DNA from: Octopus vulgaris
Lineage: Eukaryota
Length of the DNA stretch: 124,000 nucleotides
NCBI GenBank assembly: GCA_951406725.2
Contig: OX597815.1
Coordinates: forward strand, 189,864,001-189,988,000
Direction of reading: 5' to 3'
Under the pieces are notes generated by a model, which made no database searches, was not told the origin of the DNA, and was given only the letters and a program-made list of their open reading frames with translations. The position numbers and the translations under genes are program-made. Positions within the stretch are counted from its first letter, which is position 1, and every line of letters starts with the position of its first letter. This document shows positions 27,240 to 43,722 of this stretch, one piece after another.

Positions 27240-27662
27240 TACTTATATCTTTACTACCCACAAGGGGCTAAACACAGAAGGGACAAACAAGGACAGACAA
27301 AGGGATTAAGTCGATTATATCGACCCCAGTGCGTAACTGGTACTTAATTTATCGATCCCGAAAGGATGAAAGGCAAAGTCGACCTCGGCGGAATTTGAAC
27401 TCAGAGCGTAACGGCAGACGAAATACCTATTTCTTTACTACCCACAAGGGGCTAAACACAGAGAGGAGACAAACAAGGACAGACAAACAGATTAAGTCGA
27501 TTATACCGACTCCAGTGCATAACTGGTACTTATTTAATCGACCCCGAAAGGATGAAAGGTAGAGTCGACCTCGGCGGAATTTGAACTCAGAAGATAGCGG
27601 CGGATGAAATACTGCTAAGCATTTTGCCCGGCGTGCTAACGATTCTGCCAGCTCGCCGCCTT
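27240..27662 (-). mobile_element. SINE family B, tandem dimer
   Basis: Two head-to-tail body/tail units, one tRNA head. Confidence 0.85.
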
Positions 27663-27885
27663 CCAAAATGTATACCTGAAACAGCTGTAACTCTATAATG
27701 ATCAAGAGACCCATTATTTATGCCATACATTCACACACACACACATCCGCATGAATTAAGTTTTATCAACTGGTAAACATACTTTTAAGTATCTTTTATC
27801 TTATTATAAGCCTCGAAGCTTATACTCATTCAAGAATAAACATAATCATTCAAGAAATAAACTCTTGGAAACCATTGGAACACGC

Positions 27886-28296
27886 GGATCTTTTCGGTTT
27901 GACCGGCAGTTTTTAAAAATAATTTCCACGTAACTAAACACTTTTAAACATCGTATACTGGTAGAATGTGTTTATAAAATATCTTTTTCTCTTGGCTTTA
28001 TTGAGAAAATTCTATGGTTTGTAAGATATTTGTTGTTTCTTTTTCTTCAATTTCTGCAATTTCAACCAATCAATGACGTCTATTGAGGTGAAAACATTCT
28101 ATGCCGTATGAATATGTCTATCGTTTAAGAAACAGATTGGGTTTATTTACATTTCTGAAGAAAAAAAGATAGCCTTCCCCCATCCCTAACCCTAAAACAG
28201 ATTGAAATGCAATAGATCGATACTAGGGTCATAATTATGGGTGACAATTTCATATGACACCGCTAGAAAAATCTGCCGGTCAAACCGAAAAGATCC
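27886..28296. mobile_element. MITE with GGATCTTTTCGGTTTGACCGGCAG TIRs and 8-bp TSD
   Basis: TIRs; TSD gaacacgc/aaactcgc (6/8); second copy 82744-83171 has perfect GTAAAATG TSD. Confidence 0.85.
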
Positions 28297-31119
28297 AAAC
28301 TCGCAGCCAACTTTGTTGTTTCTTGCTTCTATTATTGACAAGCACAAAATTCTCATTTAGAAACAATTCGTTTTACTTCCTTACAATCCTCTCGTCATGC
28401 GTCACCCGTTACCATTATATACATGTTTGAAACTTTCGTCAGCATACACTTTTAATTTTTAGCAAGATGCCTGATATTTTATTACATATGCACAATTTCT
28501 ATCTCACTTATGATTTTCTATTTTCTATGTGCGTATTTTTTTCCAATTCACCACACACCTTTTCTCCTCTTTTCCCGCATCGATTTTTTTTCAACTACAG
28601 TTTGTTTTATGTCAGTTTTTTCGGCACCTAATCAAAGCTTTTTACGATATTAAAATATTTTCTGTATCATCTATTACGTCCTTGTTTCCCATGTTTTATT
28701 GATTAATGTCTGTAAATTGGAAAACCTGAAATTCGGAGTTATCGTTGAAGTTTTCAACAGAGAGCATTTTATTTCTATTCCATCTTGAAACTATTATCTG
28801 AAATATTCGATCGTGAAAACTGAAAACCTTAAAAGATTAAGGTGGATCATTAAAAAGTACGTAAATAAAAATATGAGACTCAGAACACGGAGAAATCTGT
28901 TACTTAACATGGACTTAAGAAACATCTTTAAAAAATCCCAGAAAATTCTACAATTGCTTCCGAAGATTGTTACCAAAGAAATTGTCGTAGTTACACGATT
29001 AAAAAAATGCTCCTGGTGGATAAGACCAAAAAATTTCAGGTTGTTACTTAACATTTAAAACAACATATAACTAAATCTGAAACCACCACAGACACACACG
29101 TCATGAACCTAGAAACTCAGAAAGCTTTACTGCCCTTAATATTTCTTTCAGGTACCACATACGATACTTTAGGTCTAGAAATCTAACTACACTATCAACT
29201 CTAAATGTAAGTTGATACCTATTTCTTTACTGCCCACAAGGGGCTACACACAGAGGGGACAAACAAGGACAGACAAACGGATTAAGTCGATTACATCGAC
29301 CCCAGTGCATAACTAGTACTTATTTAATCGACCCCGAAAGGATGAAAGGCAAAGTCGACCTCGGCGGAATTTGAACTCAGAACGTAACGGTAGACGAAAT
29401 ACCGCTAAGCATTTCGCCCGGCGTGCTAACGATTCTGCCAGCTCGCCGCCGTAAGTTGATACCACAAAATAAATTGAGTTAGAAATAGTTAGCAGGCAAA
29501 TTACCTGGGAATTTATTCTTGGGGTTATAATGGGAGGCAAGGTTCACGATATCGGATGATTATCGCCTTGTCCCATTAAAATTGTTCTTTGTATTGTTTC
29601 AGGCTCCAGCAGGCGAGGAAAGAAGTCTCAAGTGGAAATGCAAATTCACAACCAGTTTTATTTACATAGTTACACAGAATAAATGAAGTGTGTCGCTCTC
29701 AATAGACCATCTCAAGCTGTGTACGTTTCGTTGTATCTCGGTTAACGCGGGCCCATTACCTCTGGAGATACGACGGGCAGGCAGGACTAGCCTGCAGACC
29801 CAGCCAGCGAATATGTATATTTAGCAAGCGCTTGCGGTGAAGAAGAGAGAGAATCTATTTGTTGGGCCCTTATATCCAGTTTGCCATCGCGAGCTTGTGC
29901 CGCTAGAAGGTAAATATGTATATAAACGATATTATTTCCATTGCGAAACAACTATATGGAAACAGGTGTTTCAAATTTTGGCACAAGGCCAGTAATTTAA
30001 TCGACTTCCCCAGTACTCAACTGATGCTTATTTTATCGATCTCCGAAAGGATAAATGGCAAAATCGACCTCAACGGAATTTTAGCTCAGAACGTACATAC
30101 AGACATAGTTACAGGTAGGTGGATAAATACGAAATACCGCTAAGCATTTTGCCTAGCCTGCTAACGATGTTGTCAGCTCACAGCCTTCACTAAATGGTTT
30201 TGAAGAGTCCATGGTAAGTAGTATTGTAAATTTACATAACTTGACATAACCGGTTTTTGTATGGCTATTCCTTCACTCTAACACTTTGACCTTTGCAAAT
30301 ACAATTGTAACGATTGACGAATCAAACATTAATATAAATAGGCGTTCAAGAAAACTCATTTACCTTTCGATAATTCCGCTTGGATAAGTAAAACAAAAAC
30401 AAGATAAATTATTTGATACTTGCATAGGCTAATTTAATGCGGTTCAATTGTGCAAATTAGAGACATTTATATCCTTGTCATTATAGGCAAAGGACACTTT
30501 ACAGAAAGGTTGGGTGGAATTTATAGAGAAGATGGACTCGCGAAATATGAGTGGATATGAATAGCCAGAATTAGGAAAGAACTAATAAAGCTATTTAAGG
30601 AAATAAGCGTACGCTTTACAGTAGATACTGTTCTTGGTATAGCTAACTTTTAGACATTACTTTCAATGAAGAGACAAAATATCAACCTTCATCATTAGCC
30701 TAATGAAAATTATGCTAAATAAATAAGAATTCCACACTCCTGGCTAATATTTTTTGTAATTCCTAACATTACTAAGGAAACCCGTTTGTCAGTGCTTCTC
30801 ATTATTAAAATGCATCTCCACGGAACATTGAATTCTTAGAGAAAATGCAATATCAGCATGCATCTAATATTTCAAAACGTAAAGTAGGAAACAGCGCATT
30901 ACGTGATGTAATCTCGTATATAATGTAAGGGTTAAAAGGAACGTAGATTTCGAGTTCTTTAAATTAATCTCGCTTCACTCTCCAAAACCATAAACCACAA
31001 AATTTGCAGTAGAAATTGATTAAGTTTTAGCTACACTACATGGATAAAAACTTCTCGTGTTCTATTAGAAAATACATTACCAACTGACTTTCTAATACAA
31101 TTAATTCAAATTATCGGTA

Positions 31120-31347
31120 CTACTTGGGAACAGTGGTCCCGGTGCGCACACTCGCGTAGTCGCGCATCCGCGCTAGCTAGTCGTGACTAGTCGATCTTAC
31201 AACGACTACCTAGCAAAGTAAATAAAACACAAAATAAATTTTTTTACACAAAGTAAATAAAACACAAAAACAAAGTAAGGATCGACTAGTCACGACTAGC
31301 TAGCGCGGATGCGCGACTACGCGAGTGCGCACACTGTTCTCAAGTAG
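31120..31347. mobile_element. Tc1/mariner-type MITE with long CpG-rich TIRs
   Basis: TA|CTACTTGGGAACAGTG...CACTGTTCTCAAGTAG|TA, ~70-bp inverted arms. Confidence 0.8.
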
Positions 31348-32284
31348 TACCCAAATCATCCACTTACCTGTAACTGTGTCTACTTTGTAGAAAAACGCAG
31401 CAACTATAGATTTTATTTTAACAAAAAGAAATATGCATTCATTTCATCAGCAAAATACCCAAGTGATCATTGCTTGAACTAGACTCGTTTATATACGTTT
31501 GTGACTGGAGTACGAGGTAATCTAAGGATGTTACACATGATAGATAAGTACTTTCTCTAAGAGAAGATTTATCTCTTATAAACTAACACCATGAAATTAT
31601 ACAGCTTATGAGACATTTAATATTCTAATATTAGCTTTATCATTTAGTAGCAGTATTGCCCGGCGTTGCTCAGGTTTGTTTCGACCCTTTAGAATTGGAA
31701 TTTTTGAAAAGTAAAACTTTTGCATTATGTAGCTTGTTATTCTCTTTAAGTGAATATTTTTCTGGTTGAAATACACCGAAAAATGGCGACACAGGAGTAA
31801 AAAAATCGTAAAAAGTAGGTATTTTCATAGAAAAAAAAAGCACCTTTTTGATGTAAATAATTTTTGGTGTTAACATGGTCCGATTTGAATTTTGTCTTCT
31901 ACGGAATGAAGAGCAAGCCTTCTTCTATCATACTCTCAATTTTGGTCAACTTGTGCTGCAGGGTCTCGGAGGAGATAGTGTTAGTTGAAGGCTACCAAAC
32001 CTGCCATACACAGACAACGTCAGCTTTATATAGAGAGAGATTACATGACTTAGGCAACAAACTTTACTTCACTTGTATACAATGTAATCTCAAATATAAT
32101 AAGACATGGCTGTGTGATTAAGACATTTGCCTTGCAACAATGTGGATTTTAGGATTCAGTTCTTACTATGCAGCAACTTGAGCAAGTGTCTTCTACTATA
32201 ATCCTCAGTCAGCCAATGCCTTGTGAGTGAATTTGGTAAATGGAAACTGTGTGGAAGCCTATCGTGCGTGTATATATGAATGTA

Positions 32285-32665
32285 TATAATTATTCAGTTT
32301 TATTTCAAGATTTCTTGCCAATAGAGAAAGAACAAGTTTCTAACCTAAATCCAGGGCTCCTTCATTGGAATTTCAACATCAACAACAGGGTATTTTTGTT
32401 TGTATGCATGTTTTCCTTTATGTATGTATTCTCATGCATATAGTTGCATATGTAGACATGCTCATATATATTTAAACGATAAATTTCTGGAAAGCTTTAC
32501 AGATTTTTACAGTTCCAGTGATGGATTGGATCAGTAATCTTCGAATTAGCTTTTTCCTTCCTGGTTTTCAGAAGCCTAATTTCTCAAGATTGGTATTTAG
32601 GCAGTGTGTTACATTTCCCAGAGCCCCCATAATTACAGTTATAAACCTGAACTTGTAATCTGGAT
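32285..32665 (-). mobile_element. 3' end of R4/NeSL-type LINE
   Basis: Homologous to 105600-106000. Confidence 0.8.
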
Positions 32666-33249
32666 AGAGCAAAATATATGTATGTTTGTATATGTGTATG
32701 TATGTGTATGTGGAGTGAAGGCACATGGTTTAGTGGTTAGGGCATTCTGCTCACGATTGTAAGGTCTTGAGTTCAATTCCTGGCAATGCGTTGTGTCCTT
32801 AAGCAAGAAACTTTATTTCACATTGCTCCAGTCCACTCAGCTGGCAAAAATGAATTGTACCTCTAATTCAAAGGGCCAGCATTGTCACACACTGTGTCAT
32901 GCTGAATCTCCCTGAGAACTTCATTAAGGGTCCAAGTGTCCGTGGAGTGCTCAACCACTTGCCCGTTAATTTCATGAGCATGCTATTCCATTGATTGTAT
33001 CAGCTGGGACCCTTGTTGTCATAACCAACAGAGTGCTCCTGTGTATGTTTGTGTGTGTTTGTTTTTGTCCTCACCACTGCTTGACAAACATTTGAGTTTA
33101 TTTATGTGCCTATAACTTACCAATTCAATTAAGTGACTGATAGTTTTGGGGACAAAATAAGTACTGGGGTTGATTTATCCTATCAAACCATTTAAAGTGG
33201 TGTTCCAGTATGGCCACAGTCCAATGATTGGAACAATTAAAACGTTAAC

Positions 33250-33516
33250 CAATTAACATTATTTACATTTTTTACAATTGACGGATATTTGTCTTCATCT
33301 TGTTTGTTGTTAACACAACGTTTCAGCTGATATACCCTCCCGCCTTCATCAGGTGTCTTGGGGAAATTTCGAACCTAGGTTCTCATTCCTAAGGTATTTT
33401 TCAATGTTGTTGTTGTTGTTATTATTATTATTATTATTATTCAAGTCACTGCCTGGAATCGAACTTGGAATCTTAGGGTTAGTAGCCCGCGCTCTTAACC
33501 ACTATGCTATATGCCC
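33250..33516 (-). mobile_element. Chimeric SINE family E: tRNA head + (AAT)n + PLE-like hammerhead tail
   Basis: Head GGGCATATAGCATAGTGGTTAAGAGCGCGGGC..GTTCGATTCC; hammerhead 33312-33357. Confidence 0.8.
33312..33357 (-). ncRNA. Minimal type I hammerhead ribozyme
   Basis: GACAC-CUGAUGA-AGGCGG..CAGCU-GAA ACGU U|GUGUU. Confidence 0.7.
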
Positions 33517-34074
33517 ATGGGCATATGGAGTAGTTGTTAACATTGTGTTAACAACAAACAAGATGAGGACAAATATTCGTCAAATGTAAATAGTGTAAAT
33601 AATTCCTCATCTCTTAAATATAGAACTGAATGACCAATGAAAATAATACATTTTTACCCTCTTCTTTTACTCTCTAACAAAATGTTACCCACCAATTTTA
33701 ACTATGCTATTTAATATTTCCTCATACTGCACATGACATGAGTAAATATGGTCAGCCCAAGGATAAAGTAAATTGCATTTGTCCAAGGTGCTACACAGCA
33801 GGACTGAAGCTGAGATCATGTGGTTGTGAAGCAAGTTTCTTACCACACAGCCATGCCTGCACCTGGTTAGGAGGTATTGTACATTCTTAAAATAGTTATT
33901 GGCTAGAATTATCTATAATTCTCAACAAATAATTATACAATTTAAAGAAAGAAGAAAAAAATTTATCTTCACCATAGTTTCATCAATAACAGGGCAAAAA
34001 CAAATAACTAAACGCATTAACAAAAACCGAGAGCAGAGAAATAAACAAAAATATACATACATACTTATATATTC

Positions 34075-36190
<2,116 letters not shown>

Positions 36191-36194
36191 TTGT

Positions 36195-37841
36195 AAAAAA
36201 TGAAGTTCGAAAATGCTGCTGTATTATATAATTTTTAATTTTTATATATACATTATAACATGTTTCAGTTCCTGAAATGAACCTTATCAAAAAAAGTTAT
36301 ATATAAAAAGAGACAGCTCATGCCGTCAAACACAAGAAATTCATTTATAATACACAACGGAGTCAGACATCTTAGAGTTCATGTATAGTTGATATATAGT
36401 TCATGTATAGTTGATATATAGTTTGAAGTATATTTCAAAGTGTTCGATGCAGTGGCCCACGGTGGCGATACGTATTCAATGCAAAAAACAGATCAAAGTG
36501 GTGGAAAGCGGTCAATACAGAAGATTGATGTTTCCGAAAGAGCGAGGAATTCATTTTTACCTTAAGCAATTGTGATGACCCATGGTGGAAGTTCGCTGGG
36601 TGGTTCTAGTGATTTTTTGTGAAATGCTTGGTTTTATAATGCCTGTTAGGTGGTCAATCTAGCGTAGCGTGACGTCATCAATGTTTTGACCAATCGTTTC
36701 GTTAGTTGGCTTTAATCAAGTGGAACGGGACGTCATCATTATTTTGACCAATCAGTGCATTATAACTCCCTCTTGTTTGTTTCCTGTCTTGACCAGTCGC
36801 TTCGTTAGTCAAGCATAGCGGGATGTCATTCAGATTCTGCCCAATCACGACTTATAGCTACATTAGATCTGTCCCCTGTCTGTACTTGTTAGGTGACTAT
36901 TCAAGCAGAAAAGGACGTCATCAATATTCTGACTAATGACTGTCCCCTGTTTGTATCCTGTCCATTCTAGCAGAGCTAGATGTCATCAACTTGTTGACCA
37001 ATCAGAATCGGGTCTGACCCTTAGCTGTATCGTATGTATCAGGGTCAGATTTGCACGAAAGAATTTTTTTCCTTTTTTTACTAAGGCATATTTCCGTCAG
37101 AGTGAGTGTCTGTTTGAAGTAGCGGCCGTGGTGAAATTTGGTTCTCCTTTTCGGAGGACTTATCTTTTGTTTTAGTATTCCTGGCCCAGGGTGTTTAAAC
37201 TTGGTCTAAATTTTTTTATGAAATATAGTTCTTTATTTTGGCGTTGTGTGAAGGTTGCGTTGTCACTGAATTTATAGAGCGGGTTAGTTGTAAATTTCGG
37301 ATTTACATTTCCAGCACATCTATCTATGTGTCCGCTGACCGGTATTTTGCGGTAATCAGGGTTTCTAATTTGTGATTTATGCACCGCCATCCTGTTACGT
37401 AAGCTATTTTTTGTATGGCCTATATACTGCCTATTGCAGCCTGCGCATGTTATGACGTAAATTAAGTTTTCTGATGCGCAGGTGAAGTTTGTTCTAATGG
37501 TGAACTGGTGGCCTTGTTCCAGTATAAATTCTGATCCTTCTTTCAAGATGACACAGATTCCGCAGTTGGGCCTTCCACATTTTCTAACTGCTGGTTTTGT
37601 GGTTGATGTTGAGTGCAGTGTAGCTTGGGTTAAAATCCTTTTCAAGGATTTTGGTTGCCGTTTACTTTTAATGATCGTGTGTGTTTCGAGGATCCGGTTC
37701 ATCTTTGGGTCTCCCTTTAGTAGGGCTGTGCTTTGTAGTATGGTGTTGAAGGCCTCATTGTTGAGTGGGTTGTGTGTAGAGATGTAGGGAAGGGTTTTTA
37801 ATTGTTCTTTCTTTTTTGGTTTTGTTTGTCTCAGGTCTTCA
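36195..37841 (-). mobile_element. 5'-truncated Penelope-like element (end of RT thumb, GIY-YIG, 3' region/pLTR)
   Basis: See CDS; hammerhead-like motif at ~36253-36296. Confidence 0.85.
37172..37840 (-). CDS. PLE ORF C-terminus: GIY-YIG endonuclease (open, 5'-truncated)
   Basis: [66 protein letters not shown]. Confidence 0.9.
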   Translation of the reverse strand, partial: EDLRQTKPKKKEQLKTLPYISTHNPLNNEAFNTILQSTALLKGDPKMNRILETHTIIKSKRQPKSLKRILTQATLHSTSTTKPAVRKCGRPNCGICVILKEGSEFILEQGHQFTIRTNFTCASENLIYVITCAGCNRQYIGHTKNSLRNRMAVHKSQIRNPDYRKIPVSGHIDRCAGNVNPKFTTNPLYKFSDNATFTQRQNKELYFIKKFRPSLNTLGQEY

Positions 37842-39040
<1,199 letters not shown>

Positions 39041-42000
39041 TCATCATCATCATCGTTTAGCGTCCGTTTTCCATGCTAGCATGGGTTGGACGGTTCTACT
39101 GGGGTCTGTGAAGCCAGAAGGCTTCATCAGGCCCAGTCAAATCTGGCAGTGTTTCTACGGCTGGATGCCCTTCCTAACGCCAACCACTCCGTGAGTGTAG
39201 TGGGTGCTGTTTACGTGCCACCCGCACTGGTGCCAGACAGAGCTGGCAAACGGCCACGAACGGATGGTGCTTTTTATGTGCCACCGGCACGAGGGCCAGG
39301 CAAGGCTGGCAACGGACACGAAACGGGGCGGTGCTGGCAACGGTCGCAAAACGGAAAGTTCTCTTACATGCCACCGGCACTGGTAACACATCTGCAATTT
39401 CCATTGATCGATTTCCATTGATCGATTTCGATTCTGATCCTCACTTGCCTCAACGGGTCTTCACAAGCAGAGTTTTGACATGCCACCGGCACTGGTAGCA
39501 CATCCGCAATTTCCATTGATCGATTTCGATTCTGATCCTCACTTGCCTCAACACGTCTTCACAAGTAGAGTTTTGTGTCCCAAGAAGGGAAGGTATGCAT
39601 ACGTAGGCCGGCTCCATCCCATGTAGAAGGCCACGGGTTATGGACTCACTTGTCCTGCCGGGTCTTCTCGCGCACAGCACACTTCCAGAGGTCTCGGTCT
39701 CTAGTCATTTCCTCAGTGAGACCTAAAGTTCGAAGGTCGTGCTTCACCACCTCGTCCCAGGTTTTCCTGGGTCTGCCTCTTCCACAGGTTCCCTCAACCG
39801 CTAGGGTGTGGCCCTTTTTCACACAACTATCTTCATCCATTCTCGCCACATGACCATACCAGTGCAAACGTCTCTCTTGCACACCACAACTGATGCTTCT
39901 TAGGTCCAGCTTTTCTCTCAAGGTACTTACACTCTGCCGAGTGTGAGTACCGGCATTACACATCCATCGGAGCATACTGGCTTCATTTCTAGCGAGCTTA
40001 CGCATATCCTCAGCAGTCACGGCCCATGTTTCACTGCCATGTAGCATGGCTGTTCGTACACACGCATCATACAGTCTGCCTTTCACTCTGTGCGAGAGGC
40101 CTTTTGTCACCAGCAGAGGTAAGAGCTCTCTGAACTTTGCCCAAGCTATTCTTACTCTAGCAGTTACACTTTCAGCACACCCGCCCCCGCTGCTGACTTG
40201 GTCACCTAGGTAACGGAAACTATCAACTATTTCTAGTTTTTCTCCCTGGAAAGTGACGGAAGTTGGTCTCAGAGCATTTTCAGTGTTTATTGTTCCTGAG
40301 CATCTGCCACATACAAAAACCATCTTCCTAGTTAGCCTTCCTTTGACATTGCTGCATCTCTTATGTGTCCATAGCTTACACTTGGTGCATCTTATAGAGT
40401 TTCTACCTACACCTTTTCTACAGATCGAGCAGGGCCATCTACCTGAAGGTGTTTGTGATTTGTCTACCTTCCTACTGATTACGACTTTGGTTTTAGCTAG
40501 ATTGACTCTGAGGCCCTTCGATTCTAATCCTTGTTTCCACACCTGAAACTTCTCCTCCAGTTCTGATAGCGACTCAGCAATTAGAGCAAGGTCATCAGCA
40601 TAGAGGAGCTCCCAAGGGCATCCTGTCTTGAATTCCTCCGTTATTGCCTGGAGGACTATGATAAATAGGAGGGGGCTGAGTACTGAGCCTTGGTGGACTC
40701 CTACCTCTACCCGGAATTCTTCACTGTACACATTTCCAACCCTCACCCTACTAGCGGCGTCCCTATACATGGCCCGCACAGCTCTCACTAACCATTCATC
40801 TATCCCTAGTTTCCTCATTGCCCACCAGATAAGGGATCGGGGGACCCTGTCGAAGGCTTTCTCCATGTCAACAAAAGCCAGGTACAGGGGCTTATCTTTG
40901 GCTAGGTATTTCTCCTGCAGCTGCCTTACCAGGAATATAGCATCAGTAGTACTTTTCCCTGGCACAAACCCAAACTGCATCTCATCTAAACTAACTCTCT
41001 CTCTAATTAGTTGGGCTATGACCCTCTCCGTAACCTTCATCACCTGGTCCAACAGCTTGATACCTCTGTAGTTATTTGTATCTAGGGCATCACCTTTACC
41101 TTTGTAGCAGTTGACTATTATACTGCTACACCAGTCATTGGGTATGACCCCTTTGTGTATCACCTGATTAACTATACGGGTGACTAGGCTATAGCCGACA
41201 CTACCAGACATTTTGAGCATCTCTGCAGTGATTCCTGATGGGCCTGGGGCTTTCCCTGTCTTCATGCTTCTAATTGCCTTAGCTACCACGGAACTATCAA
41301 CTCGGATAGCTGGTCCCTCTGTTGGGTCAACATTCGGCAGACTCTCTTTATCCCATTCATTTTCTTCATTCAGCAACCTTTCATAGTGGCATCTCCAAAC
41401 CTCTCTCTTTGCATCCTCATTTAGCGCAAGTGAACCATCTTCCATGCGAACACACTTCTCTCCTACCACATCACGATTCTCTCTCACACACTGTCTTGCA
41501 ACACGAAACACCTCCAGTCTTTGGTCCTCACGGCGCAGAACATTGGCAAATTTTTTCTTATCTGCTTCCCCTCTGGCTAAATAAACCTGTCTCCTAGCTT
41601 CTCTTTTGGCAGTCTGATACAATCCCCTGCTACCCCCATTTTTCCAGACCTTCCAAGCCTGTCTCTTTTCTCTAATAGCCCTGTCTACAATATTGTTCCA
41701 CCACCACGTTATTCTAGGTCGAGAGGGGACTTTGCACCAGCCACAGATCTGGTCAGTGGCTCTCAGCAGGTTGTCCCTTAGAAACGTCCAGCTGTCTTCT
41801 ACCCCCTGTGATGCTCTATCCCCTTCTACTTCGTCAGAGGCTTCAAGTAATATGTCCCTAAATCTCTGTCCATTTGCAGGATCTTTAAGCTTCCAGATCC
41901 TTCTTCTCCATATTTGTCATCTTCTGGTTGTCCTCCTAGTCCTGATCCTAAAGTCACTAACTACCAGTCTATGTTGTGGGGTACATTCTTCACCTGGGAA

Positions 42001-42446
42001 GGTTTTGGCATTTATAAGCAGCCATCTCTCCCTTTGCCTTGTAAGGATGTAGTCAATTTGGCTGGTATGTTGGCCCGATTGGTAAGTGACTAGGTGGCTG
42101 GTAGGTTTCCTGAAGTTAGTGTTGCAAATCATAAGATTATTTGCATCGCAGAACTCCAGCAGCCTGGTTCCCTCCTCGTTGCGGGAGCCATAGCCATAGC
42201 CTCCATGTATGCCATGGAAGCCCCCAGCATGTCGTCCAACGTGACCATTGAAGTCACCAGCCACAAAGATAAGGTCTCTGTCGTTCGTCAACGAGGTAGT
42301 CTGCAGTAGAGTGTCATAGAATCGGTCTTTCTGTCCATCGGGTAGCCCCGACTGAGGAGCATAGGCTGATATAATGGTTGCTAAACTATGATGAAGCACT
42401 AATCTAATCTTAAGTATTCTGTCACATACTCTGATTACCTCAATTA
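39041..42446 (-). mobile_element. RTE-clade LINE, 5'-truncated in the APE domain, (GAT)n tail
   Basis: APE motifs ([20 protein letters not shown]), RT motifs, 3'UTR with ~59-bp units. Confidence 0.95.
39646..42446 (-). pseudogene. RTE APE-RT polyprotein, one premature TGA at ~41917
   Basis: ORFs 41917-43203 and 39646-41622 are in one frame; YRGIKLL, QFGF, DMEKAFDRV, GVHQGSVLSPLLF, LYADD, FRYLG. Confidence 0.95.
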
Positions 42447-42459
42447 ATATATATATATC

Positions 42460-42523
<64 letters not shown>

Positions 42524-42880
42524 GATAGATATATATATATATATATGTAGATATATATATATATATATGTAGATATATATATATATATGTAGATAGATAT
42601 ATATATATATGTAGATAGATATATATATATATATGTAGATAGATATATATATATATAGATAGATATATATATATATATGTAGATAGATATATATATATGT
42701 AGATAGATATATATATATGTAGATAGATATATATATATGTAGATAGATATATATATATGTAGATAGATATATATATATATGTAGATAGATATATATATAT
42801 ATAGATATATATATGTAGATATATATATATATATAGATATATATATGTAGATATATATATATATATAGATATATATATGT

Positions 42881-42915
<35 letters not shown>

Positions 42916-43015
42916 GATAGATATATATATATATATATATGTAGATAGATAGATACATATATATGTAGAGATATATATATATATAGATAGATAGATACTC
43001 ACATACATACATACA
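42447..43015. repeat. (TA)n/(TAGA) compound array
   Basis: Direct reading. Confidence 0.95.
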
Positions 43016-43691
43016 TACGTACATATTATATATCCATATATAAACTCAATTAATTTGAGCAAATGCTTTGCGACAAATATTTTTGCCCAGAAATAAACAG
43101 AAATAATGCAGACAACATCCAAATAAGAATACAAACAAGCGAGCAAAATATATAATGAGACTATACAGTGGAACGGCAATCCTGCACATATAAATGTAGA
43201 CAATGTAAGACATAGCTGAATTCAAAAATATACAATATCTCGTCTCAGTTATTAACAGAGTTCAGAAAAGACAAAAATAATCAAAGAAACAAAACCAAGA
43301 TTAACTATCTTAGAAGTAATCACCGACTCGATGTTCAGCCAAAGTAAAAGAAACTATGCTTCTGATATGCTATAAATATAGCAGACATTTCCTAGACTAT
43401 GTCAATTTTGGTTCATGCCCACATTACAAACTGTGGCTTATAAATCAAAACAAACTACAAATATTTCAAAATCACACTATGAATTATGATAAGCTGTGTG
43501 TTGTACTACAGCAGACACTGACCACCAAATGCATATTATTGCAGTGTAGGAGAAAGCCTTGTCAATATATTTATTTAACCAGTCACACTTTGGGATTATT
43601 TGCTGTCAATGCAGGCCTTCCAAGTTCCCTATATTTCTGGATTATATCTTATTAAAGTTCACCTCTCTCTCTCTCTCCCTCTCCATTTCCT

Positions 43692-43718
<27 letters not shown>

Positions 43719-43722
<4 letters not shown>

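Noticed and set aside
28780-29150. PLE N-terminal ORF remnant
   Set aside because: Basic-residue composition is suggestive but no diagnostic motif
41917-43203. 428-aa ORF as a separate gene
   Set aside because: Microsatellite in frame with the truncated RTE endonuclease
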